Assembly: GCF_001194135.2 (NCBI RefSeq)
Contig: NC_068997.1
Location: 13,722,542-13,786,541 of the forward strand
DNA: 64,000 nucleotides
Origin: Octopus bimaculoides
Lineage: Eukaryota
Direction: 5' to 3'
Below are positions 49,602-62,246 of the stretch, piece by piece. A program made the translations under genes and the position numbers. The notes beneath the pieces are model-generated. The model was not told the origin of the DNA, did not search any database, and saw only the letters and a list, made by a program, of their open reading frames with translations. Every line of letters starts with the position of its first letter. Position 1 is the first letter of the stretch.

Positions 49602-50267
49602 TTATTTTGTGAGACATTTTCTTTGAAAATGAAGCACATAATTACGTATCTCTTTTAATTTACTGAATTTCCATTTGTGTTTTTGTCGTTGTTTTACGTT
49701 TTCTTAATTAAATTTTGTTTATTTGTCTTTGTATATATATATATATTTTTTTTTTTGTGATAATTAACACTTAATTAATACCAGGAATAAATAGAATCTA
49801 AAGAAAAAATATTCTCTAATAATGTTTCAATTCTCCAGCTGCATTGGAGAAAAATTTGAGGATACTTTGTAAAAATCAAGCGAAAAAGTCTGTCTTCATT
49901 TAAATGTAAGTTAATTGAACTCTTAAAGTATCAATAGAAATATATATAAATGAGAAAAGATTCTCGAGTGAAACTGAAACAATTAATGAAACAATTATGT
50001 CCTTACACACACACTCACATATCTATAGACGTACCTGTATACACACACACACACACATATAAAGGTGCATGCGTGTATACGTATATATATATAAAGAGAG
50101 AGAGAGAGAGAGATACACAACTATATTTAACTATATAACTATACATGCTTATGTATATTTATATATACATTCGCATATATTCCTCGGTACACTCGCATAA
50201 ACATACATATATATAACACCTATACATATGTATACATTTATATATATATGTGTGTGTTTGTGCGTGC

Positions 50268-50313
<46 letters not shown>

Positions 50314-51037
50314 GTATATAAGCGCGCGCACACACACACACGTCTGTAATACGCATATTCACGCACACTTATGTATATTAATATACGTATTCGTATATAT
50401 ATACACATACATTTTTAATATAGATACACAGAGGTGTGTGTACGTATGTGAATGTGTGTGTATGCATGTGTTTATAATCATGCATATATATGAAATGTAA
50501 GTATGTATGTATATACTTACGTGGACATACACGCGAACACCGTTATATATATATATAGATTGATTTATCGAATCATTCATATTTTTTTGGTCTTTTTAAT
50601 TACTGCCAGTTTTTTTATCGAAAGATAATTAAAGCCTAGATAAAAATTTCTTAAATTGCAAATTGTTTTGTTGTCCATTAATTAATTAATTAGATACGTA
50701 ATAAAAAGATAATTACTCTCAATATATTGGATTTTTTGTCAATGTGTGTGAATGTTCATTTATTTTGTATTTTTCTCAATCTGTGTGGACGCCTATATGT
50801 GTATTTATACTGTATTACAATTAATGTGTATGTCATGAAAGTAATAGACTTAAATAGGTAAGTATTTATATTTTTTAAAAATCTTGCTATAAATAGTATT
50901 CTTAGAGAATTTTGTTGGCACTTTTCTGTGACAAAAAGTTTGTCTGGTGCCTGTTCAAGAACGCATTGCGTGTATGCCTTAGAAGACATAATTATATAGG
51001 CAATCTTTCTAATGTTGTAAGACACACACACTCAAAA

Positions 51038-51087
<50 letters not shown>

Positions 51088-52091
51088 TCATATACGTATA
51101 CATAGAGACATACGCACATACATGTACATAGACAGACAATTAGATTGATTGAGAGATAGATAGACTTACCCGCACATTTATAATAATTAGTTGCGATAAA
51201 TACAGTCCGAGTGATTACTTCATCAGCATTTCATCGATTTAACTTAAAACTTTCCAGTTTCCCTAAAATTCAGAAAATCTTTCGGTTGCTGATTTCTGTA
51301 TCAGAAATGGAATTTCCGACATGGCGTTTAGTAACCGAATGTTTCCGTGGTCGAGGAGAGGAAGTTAAATGAAAACGCTAATGTCTGATGGTCCGCCGAT
51401 GTCATTTAAAGCTAGTTGTGTTTTAATATACGAAAATTTCTCCGAAGTGTTTAAGCCACCACAACTTAGTGATTCGGCAAAAGAAAATGATACCAAACTT
51501 TAAAATAATTACTGTGACTGATTTGTTCGACTAAACGCTTTAATGCTTAAATAACTTCTTTCAGTTTTTTTCTTCCATCCGATTATAATTATTTTAATTA
51601 TTAAAGGCGGCGGTATAGCAGAAGCGTTACTGAGTCGGACAAAATTGCTTCCTTTGTGTCAAATTTCAAAACAGTCATTAGCAGGGCTATATCACTATGC
51701 ACTTGGTCATTGGGCTCGTATGTTGTGTAATTCATTGTTAGACTTTACCACAATAACCGTAGACATTCGTATAGATACAAAAATAGCTTTTGATAATTGG
51801 AACATTCAACCTAAATTGAATGTGCTGCTTAGAATGCCTTAAAATGTTGTAAACCCCTAGAGATACGACCTCGTGATAAGAGATATGCTAATTTAACATC
51901 AACAATGTCGGTTGACGAAATTCACATTTGCACCGCTGGGTGGCACTGACGTATAACGTGATTCCATCAGTACTTGCGGTTCATAAGCCACAGCAAGCCA
52001 CACTGAATACAGCCACAACGAAAATTTGTTGAATCTATAGTAATGGACAAACGGTCAGTGATGTCGTGGAACACACACACTCACACACATA

Positions 52092-52306
52092 TGAGAGGCT
52101 GCTGAAAATTTCCTAGCTTTAAGAATGTCATAAAAGGCCCGGTTGGAGGACCAACCTTCCGAGTTCTTTTACAGGGCTTAGAAAAAACTGAAGAACTGCT
52201 GCAATAAGTGTGTGAATCTGAGGGGAATATGCTGAATAAATCATCATTAACTGATCCTCCTGTATTTTCTTTTACTCAAAGCCAGAAACTTTTCAACTCC
52301 CTTTCG
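52092..52306 (+). mobile_element. Internally deleted mariner (MITE-like) with TA flanks
   Basis: Imperfect TIRs (TA)TGAGAGGCTGCTGAAAATTTCCTAGCTTT / AAAGCCAGAAACTTTTCAACTCCCTTTCG(TA). The internal frameshifted peptide LEDQPSEFFYR..KLKNCCNKCVNLRGEYAE* matches the mariner transposase C-terminus (F..GI.KL..RW.KC...GEYVE*). Confidence 0.8.
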
Positions 52307-52316
52307 TATGTATATA

Positions 52317-52568
52317 GTGGAGGTGCGTGGCTTAGTGGTTAGGGTGTCAGCATCATGATCTTAAGATTGTGGTTTCGATTCCTGGACCGGGTGACGCATT
52401 GTGTTCTTGAGCAAAACACTTCGTTTCCCGTTGCCCCAGTCCACTCAGCTGGCAAAAATGAGTAATGCTGCGATGGACTGGCATCCCGTCCAGCTGAGGA
52501 ACACATACGCCATTGAAACCGGGAAACCGGGCCCATGAGCCTGGCTAGGCTTTGAAAGGGCGACGTTT
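52317..52568 (+). mobile_element. SINE family C (tRNA head shared with family E, different body)
   Basis: GTGGAGGTGCGTGGCTTAGTGGTTAGGG (A box), GGTTTCGATTCC (B box), TGTTCTTGAGCAAAACACTT..CCAGTCCACTCAGCTG and GATGGACTGGCATCCCGTCCAG. Confidence 0.88.
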
Positions 52569-53249
52569 ATCGTTTTCCGTATGTATATATGTAACAGGTG
52601 GTATTATTATCCTGTAGACGTGTTTTGCAATCGTATATTCTTTAATAATGTGTACGTCGTGGGCGCATGCCTTATGATGATGATGATGAGGAGGAGGAGG
52701 AAGAGGATGTTGGTGATGATGATGATGGTGGTGGTGCTGATAGCTGATGTTGGTACTGGTAATGGTGGTGATGGTGATGGTGGTGATGAGTTTTGATGGC
52801 AACGATACTCTTAATAGTGTTCTTAATGACAATGATGAAAAAACAGAAAAAGATATAAGCCAAAAGAAAAGGAAGGAATGAGAGAAAGGAGAGGGGAAGA
52901 AAGGAAAATACAATGAAAATTAGGTTAGTTAAAATATCTACACATTTACATTTAAAATATTTAAACACATAGTTATGCCTAACAAGACAAAAATATGTGA
53001 TAAGGAAAACAGTCATTAAATTTTCATATAATTCTGCGCATGTTTCTATCGTATTAAGCTTCATCAGGAAACTATAGATTTCACTGTATTCTCCAAAGGA
53101 CTTATGATAAAATATAATAGAATCACTAAATAAATGTCCACATTGAGGAGTAGATAGCAGAATAAATTACTTTTAGACATTGCATGTAATGAAAAATACA
53201 GTTGAGTTAGTGGTAACATTTTTGATGCAACACATATAAATGTAGAAAT

Positions 53250-53622
53250 TGTTGGCACTCCGTCGCTTACGAAGTCGAGGGTTCCAGTTGATCCGATCAA
53301 CGGAACAGCCTGCTCGTGAAATTAACGTGCAAGTGGCTGAGCACTCCACAGACACGTGTACCCTTAACGTAGTTCTCGGGGGATATTCAGCGTGACAAGG
53401 CTTACCCTTTGAATTACAGGCACAATAGAAAGAGGAAGTAAGAGTGAGAGAAAGTTGTGGTGAAAGATTACAGCAGGGTTCACCACCATCCCCTGCCGGA
53501 GCCTCGTAGAGCTTTAGGTGTTTTCGCTCAATAAACACTCACAACGCCCGGTCTGAGAATCGAAACCGTGATCCTATGACCGCGAGTCCGCTGCCCAAAC
53601 CACTGGGTCATTGCGCCTCCAC
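53250..53622 (-). mobile_element. SINE family E with a perfect 12-bp TSD
   Basis: AAATGTAGAAAT at 53238-53249 and 53623-53634. The body is near-identical to 40329-40712. Confidence 0.95.
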
Positions 53623-53758
53623 AAATGTAGAAATAACTAGAAAACAAATGAAGGAAAGTGATGATTAAGCAATGAATTTTTACTTCAGATTTTTATGCTT
53701 GTATTTGCATATTTCAATCGTATAAAACTCATTAGCATCCACCTCCACGAATCACTAA

Positions 53759-53796
<38 letters not shown>

Positions 53797-54346
53797 TGTG
53801 TAATAGGGTGGGAAGATGCTGCTTAGTCAGTCTGTTTCCTTGAAATAGCAGCCAAATCTTCCTGGATTCATGCCCTACCATCTTATAAAAACAAAAATGA
53901 AGCATATTTGTTCGTTCTTTGTTCCCAGCATAGAAAAATGCGAAAAAATATTTGACCTGGGTCTAAACAACAACAACATCAACAACCAAAAAAGATTATG
54001 TGCTTTCATTCGATATACTAGAATTGGCAGCCGATCTTTCTACTGTCTTAAATAATGAACTGACACCTTAAAATAACGCAGTCCTAGTTCTCTGAAATTA
54101 TGAAGGCAAACTAATCAGAGATCTATACGATCAACGCTGACCTGTGGTTAAAGAAGCATCAACCTTGATGTTATCTCATAACACGCATTTCATCCAATAA
54201 CACTGCTACCATCATCCACGCCACCACCAACACCACTGCCATCAACGATGACTATAATTATTCAAGTAACTCACCATCCCCTCTTCACCCCAAATATTAT
54301 TTTTAACTCGTATAATATTAACAGCACCATCACCAACACCACCGAT

Positions 54347-54387
<41 letters not shown>

Positions 54388-54780
54388 CATTTGCCAACTT
54401 TGTCCAATTAGCAATCTCATTAAATTTAATTAGCATGGAATATAAGAAAAAAAGGGGGGGGCTTCTAAAATGAATAATTAAATAAATAAATACTTATTAT
54501 AAATTTAAAGAAAAAAGGTTTATAAATAAATGAGAAATACCAAAAACACCAACGGAATATAAATAAGCAGGAGAAATATTGGATAACAACCGTGAGAGTT
54601 GATTGGATGAGAAACTAGATGACGCCTAACGTTAATTTTTATTTTGTGTATTTTGTATTGTATAATTTTAAATTTGTTATTATTTTTAAAATTCACTTTT
54701 AATTATTCATAAAGATTTTCAATAAACCTTTTGACGTGAATATCGAGCATCTATATGCAAGAATGCGTGTGTATGTGTAT

Positions 54781-54831
<51 letters not shown>

Positions 54832-54832
54832 A

Positions 54833-54984
54833 GTGGGTGTGTGGTAAGAAGTTTGCTTCTCAACCACATGGTTCCGAGTTCAGTCCCACTGCATGGCACC
54901 TTGGGCGAGTGTATTCTCCTGCAGCCTCGAGCCGACTAAAGCCTCGTGAGTAAATTTGGTGGAAGGAAACAGAAAGAAACACGT

Positions 54985-55038
<54 letters not shown>

Positions 55039-55424
55039 GCTTTGTCCTACACCGTGGAGGACAAAAGGTGTTGTGATGTTTGTTCCAGTAAATTTGCGCT
55101 TGTGCAAAAGAAGCAGATAGAATAAGTACTAAGCTTTAAAGAGAAGGAAACTTAAGTAATGGGTTCTATAACCTCGAGTCAATTAAAGCCTTGTGAGTGG
55201 ATTTGGTAGACGGAAATTGAAAGAAGCCTGTTATATATATATATATGTGTATGTGTTAGTGTTTGTCCCTCTACCATCGCTTGACGACCGATGTTGCTGT
55301 GTTTATATCCCCGAAACTTAGTGGTTCAGCAAAAATGACGAGTAGACTGAGTACTAGGCTTGCAAAGAATAAGTCCTGAGGTCGATTTCTTCACCTAAAA
55401 GGCGGATCTCATGTGACTGAAGCG
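54833..55424 (+). mobile_element. Two tandem SINE family A copies (about 54833-55162 and 5'-truncated 55171-55424)
   Basis: Both show the GTGAGT..ATTTGGT..A.GGAAA..GAAAGAA segment, an internal microsatellite and the GATAGAATAAGTACT/GAGTACTAGGCTT segment. Confidence 0.82.
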
Positions 55425-55582
55425 TGTAAAAGAGTATATATATTTAGAGAGAAAGGGAATTGATATTTTCATTTGGAAAAGGCTGACTGATCGACGTATT
55501 AATTAGACATAACAGATGTTTGGCTGATTTAGATTCACTGTATAACACAAGAGAGCCAAAAGGCTGTCAAACGAGAACGTTT

Positions 55583-55782
55583 AATACAGTTTTATATTTA
55601 AGAGATGAGGAATTGTGTACATTATTTACATTATTTACATTTGACGGATATTTGTCCTCATCTTGTTTGTTGTTAACACAACGTTTCGGCTGATATACCT
55701 TCCAGCCTTCATCAGGTGTCTTGGGGAAATTTCGAACCTGGGTTCACATTCCTAATATATTTTTCGATGTTATTATCATTAC

Positions 55783-55829
<47 letters not shown>

Positions 55830-55876
55830 TCACAGCATGGAATCGAACTCGGAATCTTGGAGTTAGTTGCCCGCGG
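55583..55876 (-). mobile_element. tRNA-head/hammerhead short element (family H1), A box truncated
   Basis: Minus strand CGCGGGCAACTAACTCCAAGATTCCGAGTTCGATTCC (B box)-ATGCTGTGACCTG-(AAT)n-body-HHR-3' tail to AACTGTATT. Colinear with both 4-kb copies. Confidence 0.88.
55675..55720 (-). ncRNA. Minimal type-I hammerhead ribozyme motif, intact core (best copy in the window)
   Basis: GACAC-CUGAUGA-A-GGCUGG-AAGGUAUA-UCAGCC-GAAA-CGUU-GUGUU. Stem I is 5 bp, stem II is 6 bp and helix III is the palindrome AACGUU. Predicted cleavage lies between 55680 and 55679. Confidence 0.85.
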
Positions 55877-55959
55877 TTTTTGTGTGTTTTTAAATGGCTT
55901 ATAAACACCTTCCACGCTGCAATTGTTTATACTTATGTGTGTGTGTGTGTGTTTGTACC

Positions 55960-56004
<45 letters not shown>

Positions 56005-56886
56005 GTATGTATGTATATATGGAGTACGTAGGCCATGTATATGACGCTTCACAGCAATTTCGAACGAAGCTATTGTTACATTGAGCTTACACGTAACTCT
56101 TCTAGCGTAACAAAAGTAGAGTCGTTGTCGCAAAGTAAACTTTTCAGTTTATGCATAACGATTTTTACGACAATGCCATTAATGTTGTACTTACTAGGTT
56201 TTGCAAAATTTTTAAACTCCATTCGGCACTAATATAAATATTGAGCGATAGAACTTCAAAATATAGAATTAAATGAGCTTGCACTTAGTATTTTATTACA
56301 CATATTGTTAAATCAGTTCATTACGATGCTACAATTTTTATATTGACGGAGGTTAGTGGCTTTCGTCATCATTATCACCATCATCATCATCATACTATTA
56401 ATAACAATAATATGAAACTTATATGAATGTATAAGTGTCTGGATGTATAAATACACATACATGCAAATCTATATCGATAATCTTCCTCATATATGTACAT
56501 ATATATATACACAAATGCACAGACACACACACACACACACATATATATGAACAAATACATACATGCATATATATATACGTACCTACATAGTCACAAGTGT
56601 ACATAGGAATAAAAATGTTTGTCTATATTCTTTATTGTTTCCTTAGCTCTTTCATCTTTCAGCCAAAACTTGTAGAAAAATTCAATCAATGAAACACGCG
56701 TTATTTTATTGGATACTTATCCAATCTTTGAAAAGTATGTCACTGCTTATTGAGAAAAAAAAAATGGTAAGGAAATTACAACCATTCTCTTTTTTCTTTA
56801 CTCTTTCATTAATACTTATCTTTCTTAGTTACTCATTCTTTCTCCATACCTGAACCCCACTCGCACTTTCTCCTCTTCTGTCTATG

Positions 56887-56941
<55 letters not shown>

Positions 56942-57349
56942 GTGAAGAAGAAGAGAAAGAGAGCAAGAGACACAGCAATTATTTTCTTTGTTTACACTTA
57001 CAGTTTGCTCTTTGTTTCACTTATCGTTTACTGTCTCCTTATCTTCATCCATATAATCATATATACATATTGTGTGTGTGTGTCTTTGTGTGTGTAAGTG
57101 TATGTATGTACGTGTGTGTGCGTGTTTGATCTTGTAAACAAGAGGAAAATAACTCAATGTACAAAAAGAGTTTAATTATTTATTGGAGAGCTAAGATTAC
57201 TCTCTGCTTCTACTCAGAGTTACTCGAACGTCTGTCGATTCATAAGTTTGTATGTGTGTAGTCAATTGAAATAAACGAGCATAAGCATAAGAGACAACGA
57301 GAGGATGTGCACAAGGAACGTATTAGTTTGACGCTCAGTAAAACGACAC

Positions 57350-57386
57350 CTTTTGACGTTTCGAGCATATCTCTTCGTCTGAAAAG
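57350..57386 (-). ncRNA. Hammerhead motif family H2, degenerate copy
   Basis: Minus strand CUUUU-CAGACGA-A-GAGAUAUGCUC-GAAA-CGUC-AAAAG. Flanks CTTTGGACTTTTCC (5') and CTGAGCGTCAAACTAATA (3') match the flanks of the 45243 copy. Confidence 0.65.
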
Positions 57387-58529
57387 AGAAAAGGAAAAGT
57401 CCAAAGAGGGAAAAGAAATCGCCAACGGTATATGTGTAGTTACATTGCTGATGTACGTATGTACGCATGTATGTATGTATGAATTGACCTATCTTTACAC
57501 ACACACACACACAAGCATAGTACCCATGAAAATATAACTTGAGTTTTCTCCCTTTCCTTTCTGCCTGCTCTTTTTTCTTTAGTCTCATTTTATGTCTTAA
57601 AATTCTTCTTACTCATTCAACTACCATTTTGTTCTTGTTTTCCACGTCATCTCTTTCACTTTGGACATTGATTTCATCGGGGCCTCTCATCACCGAGAAG
57701 GACCGCTTCTCGCTGTGATGTCACAGAGAGAAGAAGATCTCGAAACGGTTTGCATTTACTCTCTATGACATTTGAAAGCTATTGGCGTCCGGCATGCGGA
57801 GCTTTCGATTGACAGATCTCCCAAAAGCAAGCGGTTTGCAAGTTTCCATTTCTCTTTATAATTCACTCTTCGTTGAACAAAGTACTAGAGGTCTACTGAC
57901 ATTTCCTTTCTGTCTATCCTCCATGCATCACTATATGACAATCTCTACGTATAAATTTATCTACCCGATGCAGCTCTCTCAGTGCAGCAACTGATTTCTC
58001 CAGCTGCGTTGGCATAGTTTAAAAGAAACAATACAAAAATGAGCGTCCCATACTTTTATATATATATTTGAGTATATATTCATATATACGAGAGTATGTT
58101 AGCATATGTATGCACTAGCAAATTAGAGTGTATGTATAGACTTGACATTTGAATACACATCTGCCTATCAACATCCATCTATCTGCCTGATACATATATG
58201 CATACATACATAGATGTATACATGCATACATAGTTGTATACATACATACACACATACATGTACCACATTCATTCACATAAGTAGATTTCTGTATATATAT
58301 TGAAAAATCACTTGATTTAATCCATTGTTCCTCTGACTTTATAGCATGTAAGTTATACGGGATACACATGTAATCAATCACACAATATACTGTCCAAATA
58401 ATTGCTTATATAATTACGTGATTGAAATTTGGACTAACAATGGAATTATTTATGAACGTAAGCTCTACTCTATACATTGAGTGCTCTCATCTTTCATTTG
58501 TAATGTTTACAAACATAAATGCATGTACT

Positions 58530-58571
<42 letters not shown>

Positions 58572-59014
58572 TANNNNNNNNNNNNNNNNNNNNNNNNNNN
58601 NNNNNNNNNNNNNNNNNNNNNNNNNNNNNNNNNNNNNNNNNNNNNNNNNNNNNNNNNNNNNNNNNNNNNNNNNNNNNNNNNNNNNNNNNNNNNNNNNNNN
58701 NNNNNNNNNNNNNNNNNNNNNNNNNNNNNNNNNNNNNNNNNNNNNNNNNNNNNNNNNNNNNNNNNNNNNNNNNNNNNNNNNNNNNNNNNNNNNNNNNNNN
58801 NNNNNNNNNNNNNNNNNNNNNNNNNNNNNNNNNNNNNNNNNNNNNNNNNNNCACACACACACATTGTACCTACTCTCTGTGTTCTATTACCTCCTTTCAA
58901 ACTTTCTGTTTATGTCTACTCATTTCTACACACAATATGAAAGTAAACTTAATATATTTGCATTCATACATGTATCAGTTTGATAATGGCAGCTAATATA
59001 TACGTATATAATAC

Positions 59015-59047
<33 letters not shown>

Positions 59048-59499
59048 TGTATGTATGTATATATGTCTCTGTGTGTGTGTGTGTGTGTACGTCGTATATG
59101 CATCTCTATAAGTTTGTATGTATATATATATATATATATGATTGTGCTTGCGTATATATATTCTAATCTAAATCACATAGATCTATGAGAAGTAGAGAAA
59201 ACAGCCAGAAATATGTGTGTATACGGAGAGGTCTATTGTCGTGCATGTATATAATAACCTACAGTATATATTGATTTGGAAATGTATGATTTGTTGTATG
59301 TATGTGCGTATGTGTGTATGCATGTGTGTATGAGTATGAGCATGTTTTTTTATTCTCTTATTTCTCCGCCTTTCAAACCTACATTTGCATGTATCAATAA
59401 ATGGAGAACAATGATTATGGTGAAGAATTTGGTGACAGAGAGAATGGTGAAGAGGAAAGGAAAAAAGTAAAGACTAATGAAATGTGAAAGAAAACAATT

Positions 59500-59883
59500 G
59501 TTTGACATAAGGAGGACCTGATAATGATGTTCTCTGATGACGGCGATGATGGTGAAGAGAAGGAGGAGGGAATAGAAGAAGAAGAAGAAGAAGAAGAAAG
59601 GGAAGAGGGAGGGAGGGGAAAAACATTGAGGTGTAAGAGGAGAGAAAGGAAGATGAAGAGGGAGACATGGGAAAATAAATATATTTCTGATTCTTATATT
59701 TATGCTGCCGTTGATAATATGGTGATTATAAATGACGACGACGATGATGATGATGATGATGATGATGAAGAAGAAGAAAAAGAGGATAATGATGATAATT
59801 TAGAGGAGGATGGGAGAAATAGGAGTGGGAGATGATGATTATGATGATTATATACCAATGATTACATGATGGAAATAAAAGGG

Positions 59884-59934
<51 letters not shown>

Positions 59935-60130
59935 CAATGTCGACGTCAATGACGATGACGACTTCAACGACGATGACGATGACACTGATGTCAACAACTT
60001 ACAAACACAAATGATGATGAAAAAAAATTAGGATGTGGTCGATGGAGAAAACGATGTTGAATGAGGATTGTGGTTGATGTTGTTGATAACATTGATGATG
60101 ATGATGATGACAGTAACTATAAGAAGAAGA
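59500..60130 (+). repeat. (GAT)n/(GAA)n/(GAC)n trinucleotide low-complexity tract
   Basis: Pure (GAT)n at about 59887-59935. This tract explains the acidic D/E ORF. Confidence 0.9.
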
Positions 60131-61443
60131 AGAAAGAGAGGAAGGAAAGATAAGGTTTAGTAGATAAAAATGCCGATGATAGAGAACAGCATCAGGAACA
60201 AGATGCGAAAATAATGATAAAGCCATCAACAGTAACAGCAAGAACAAAAAAATACGAAAAGAAATATAAGAAGGGTTAATGAACTATAACGGAGGAAGCT
60301 GAGGTTAGTAGATAACAGACAAATGAAGGAAAAAAGAAACCAAGAATTAATTCAATGAAATCAAAATCTACTGAAAGAGTCTAACAGAAAATTAAAATGT
60401 TCAATAAACAATGAATAAAGCAAAGAATGAAAAGCGAATAAGAATAAAGAACAAATTGAAAATTGAAAACAAAGTTTGCTTAAATAAAATATCTGAATGA
60501 TTTACTAAAAGAATGAGTAGAGAGAATGAAACACCATTGTTGTAAAAATTACTAGGCTAAAATATGAATTGCGCGATCGTATGTTCGAATTAAACGACAT
60601 CCATTCTATTGCACTTGCGAATCTATTTAATTTATATATATATATATATATATATNNNNNNNNNNNNNNNNNNNNNNNNNNNNNNNNNNNNNNNNNNNNN
60701 NNNNNNNNNNNNNNNNNNNNNNNNNNNNNNNNNNNNNNNNNNNNNNNNNNNNNNNNNNNNNNNNNNNNNNNNNNNNNNNNNNNNNNNNNNNNNNNNNNNN
60801 NNNNNNNNNNNNNNNNNNNNNNNNNNNNNNNNNNNNNNNNNNNNNNNNNNNNNNNNNNNNNNNNNNNNNNNNNNNNNNNNNNNNNNNNNNNNNNNNNNNN
60901 NNNNNNNNNNNNNNNNNNNNNNNNNNNNNNNNNNNNNNNNNNNNNNNNNNNNNNNNNNNNNNNNNNNNNNNNNNNNNNNNNNNNNNNNNNNNNNNNNNNN
61001 NNNNNNNNNNNNNNNNNNNNNNNNNNNNNNNNNNNNNNNNNNNNNNNTGCTATATTTCATGTTGAGAACCTTTTTAGGTCTTAATAGACACAAGATGTGA
61101 TCTATTTCTAGCGCATTAATTGTCCACGTTAGTGGTCGACGTTATTTTTTAAAATGTACCTTAATCCCCTGAGATTGCAGATAATATTTCTGAATCTTTT
61201 TGATTCTTTAAATGTGCTGGCCCCCTGATAATTAATCGAGATTAATTAATATATTAATATATGACTAATTACCAGATCTTATAATAATTATATATGTAGA
61301 TAGATAGATAGATAGATAGATAGATATACAGATATATATACATATATATAGATATATATGTAACGGATAATAAAACGAATGGTTTACAGCCGGTTGCTTA
61401 CTGGTAAAGCACAGTCACTTTCACAGTGATCGCTATGCATATG

Positions 61444-61731
61444 GCAAATGAAAGACGGAAAATTGAATATATGAGAATTTATTATTAATCATGACACTTG
61501 TTTCGGCACATCTAGCATCAATTCCTCTTGGGTGGGACACTCAACAACTGGTTCAGGAGCATCCGGTAATGCAGATGTTTCTCACCGGGTTATAAACAAA
61601 CACAACTCGTTAAAATGACTGTTCCGCAATACAACTTTCCGTTTTCTAGAGGAATCGATGCTAGATAAGTCGAAACAATTGTCGTGATTAATAATAAATG
61701 CTCGTATATTCCATCTCTGTCTTTCACTTGC
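61444..61731. mobile_element. About 85-bp inverted duplication (61444-61528 / 61648-61731) with hammerhead-like 3' half
   Basis: Right arm AGAGGAATCGATGCTAGATAAGTCGAAACAATTGTCGTGATTAATAATAAATG versus reverse-complemented left arm AGAGGAATTGATGCTAGATGTGCCGAAACAAGTGTCATGATTAATAATAAATT. Roughly 80-85% identical by eye. Confidence 0.8.
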
Positions 61732-62246
61732 TATATATATATATATATATATATNNNNNNNNNNNNNNNNNNNNNNNNNNNNNNNNNNNNNNNNNNNNNN
61801 NNNNNNNNNNNNNNNNNNNNNNNNNNNNNNNNNNNNNNNNNNNNNNNNNNNNNNNNNNNNNNNNNNNNNNNNNNNNNNNNNNNNNNNNNNNNNNNNNNNN
61901 NNNNNNNNNNNNNNNNNNNNNNNNNNNNNNNNNNNNNNNNNNNNNNNNNNNNNNNNNNNNNNNNNNNNNNNNNNNNNNNNNNNNNNNNNNNNNNNNNNNN
62001 NNNNNNNNNNNNNNNNNNNNNNNNNNNNNNNNNNNNNNNNNNNNNNNNNNNNNNNNNNNNNNNNNNNNNNNNNNNNNNNNNNNNNNNNNNNNNNNNNNNN
62101 NNNNNNNNNNNNNNNNNNNNNNNNNNNNNNNNNNNNNNNNNNNNNNNNNNNNNNNNNNNNNNNNNNNNNNNNNNNNNNNNNNNNNNNNNNNNNNNNNNNN
62201 NNNNNNNAAGAAGTACAAAATGAAGAAAATAATATATAAAACAATT

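Noticed and set aside
57262-57427. Apparent coding exon (AG...GT, 55 open codons SIEINEHKHKRQREDVHKERIS...)
   Set aside because: The opposite strand is an H2 hammerhead repeat copy with flanks matching 45.2 kb. The acceptor lacks a good pyrimidine tract and there is no protein similarity I recognise.
49830-58015. Shared 17-mer TTCTCCAGCTGC[A/G]TTGG at about 49831 and 57996
   Set aside because: A 16/17 match between two positions is expected by chance in a window this size, and the flanks do not align.
59524-59835. Acidic D/E-rich 103-aa ORF
   Set aside because: It is a (GAT)/(GAA) trinucleotide tract with no splice or homology support.
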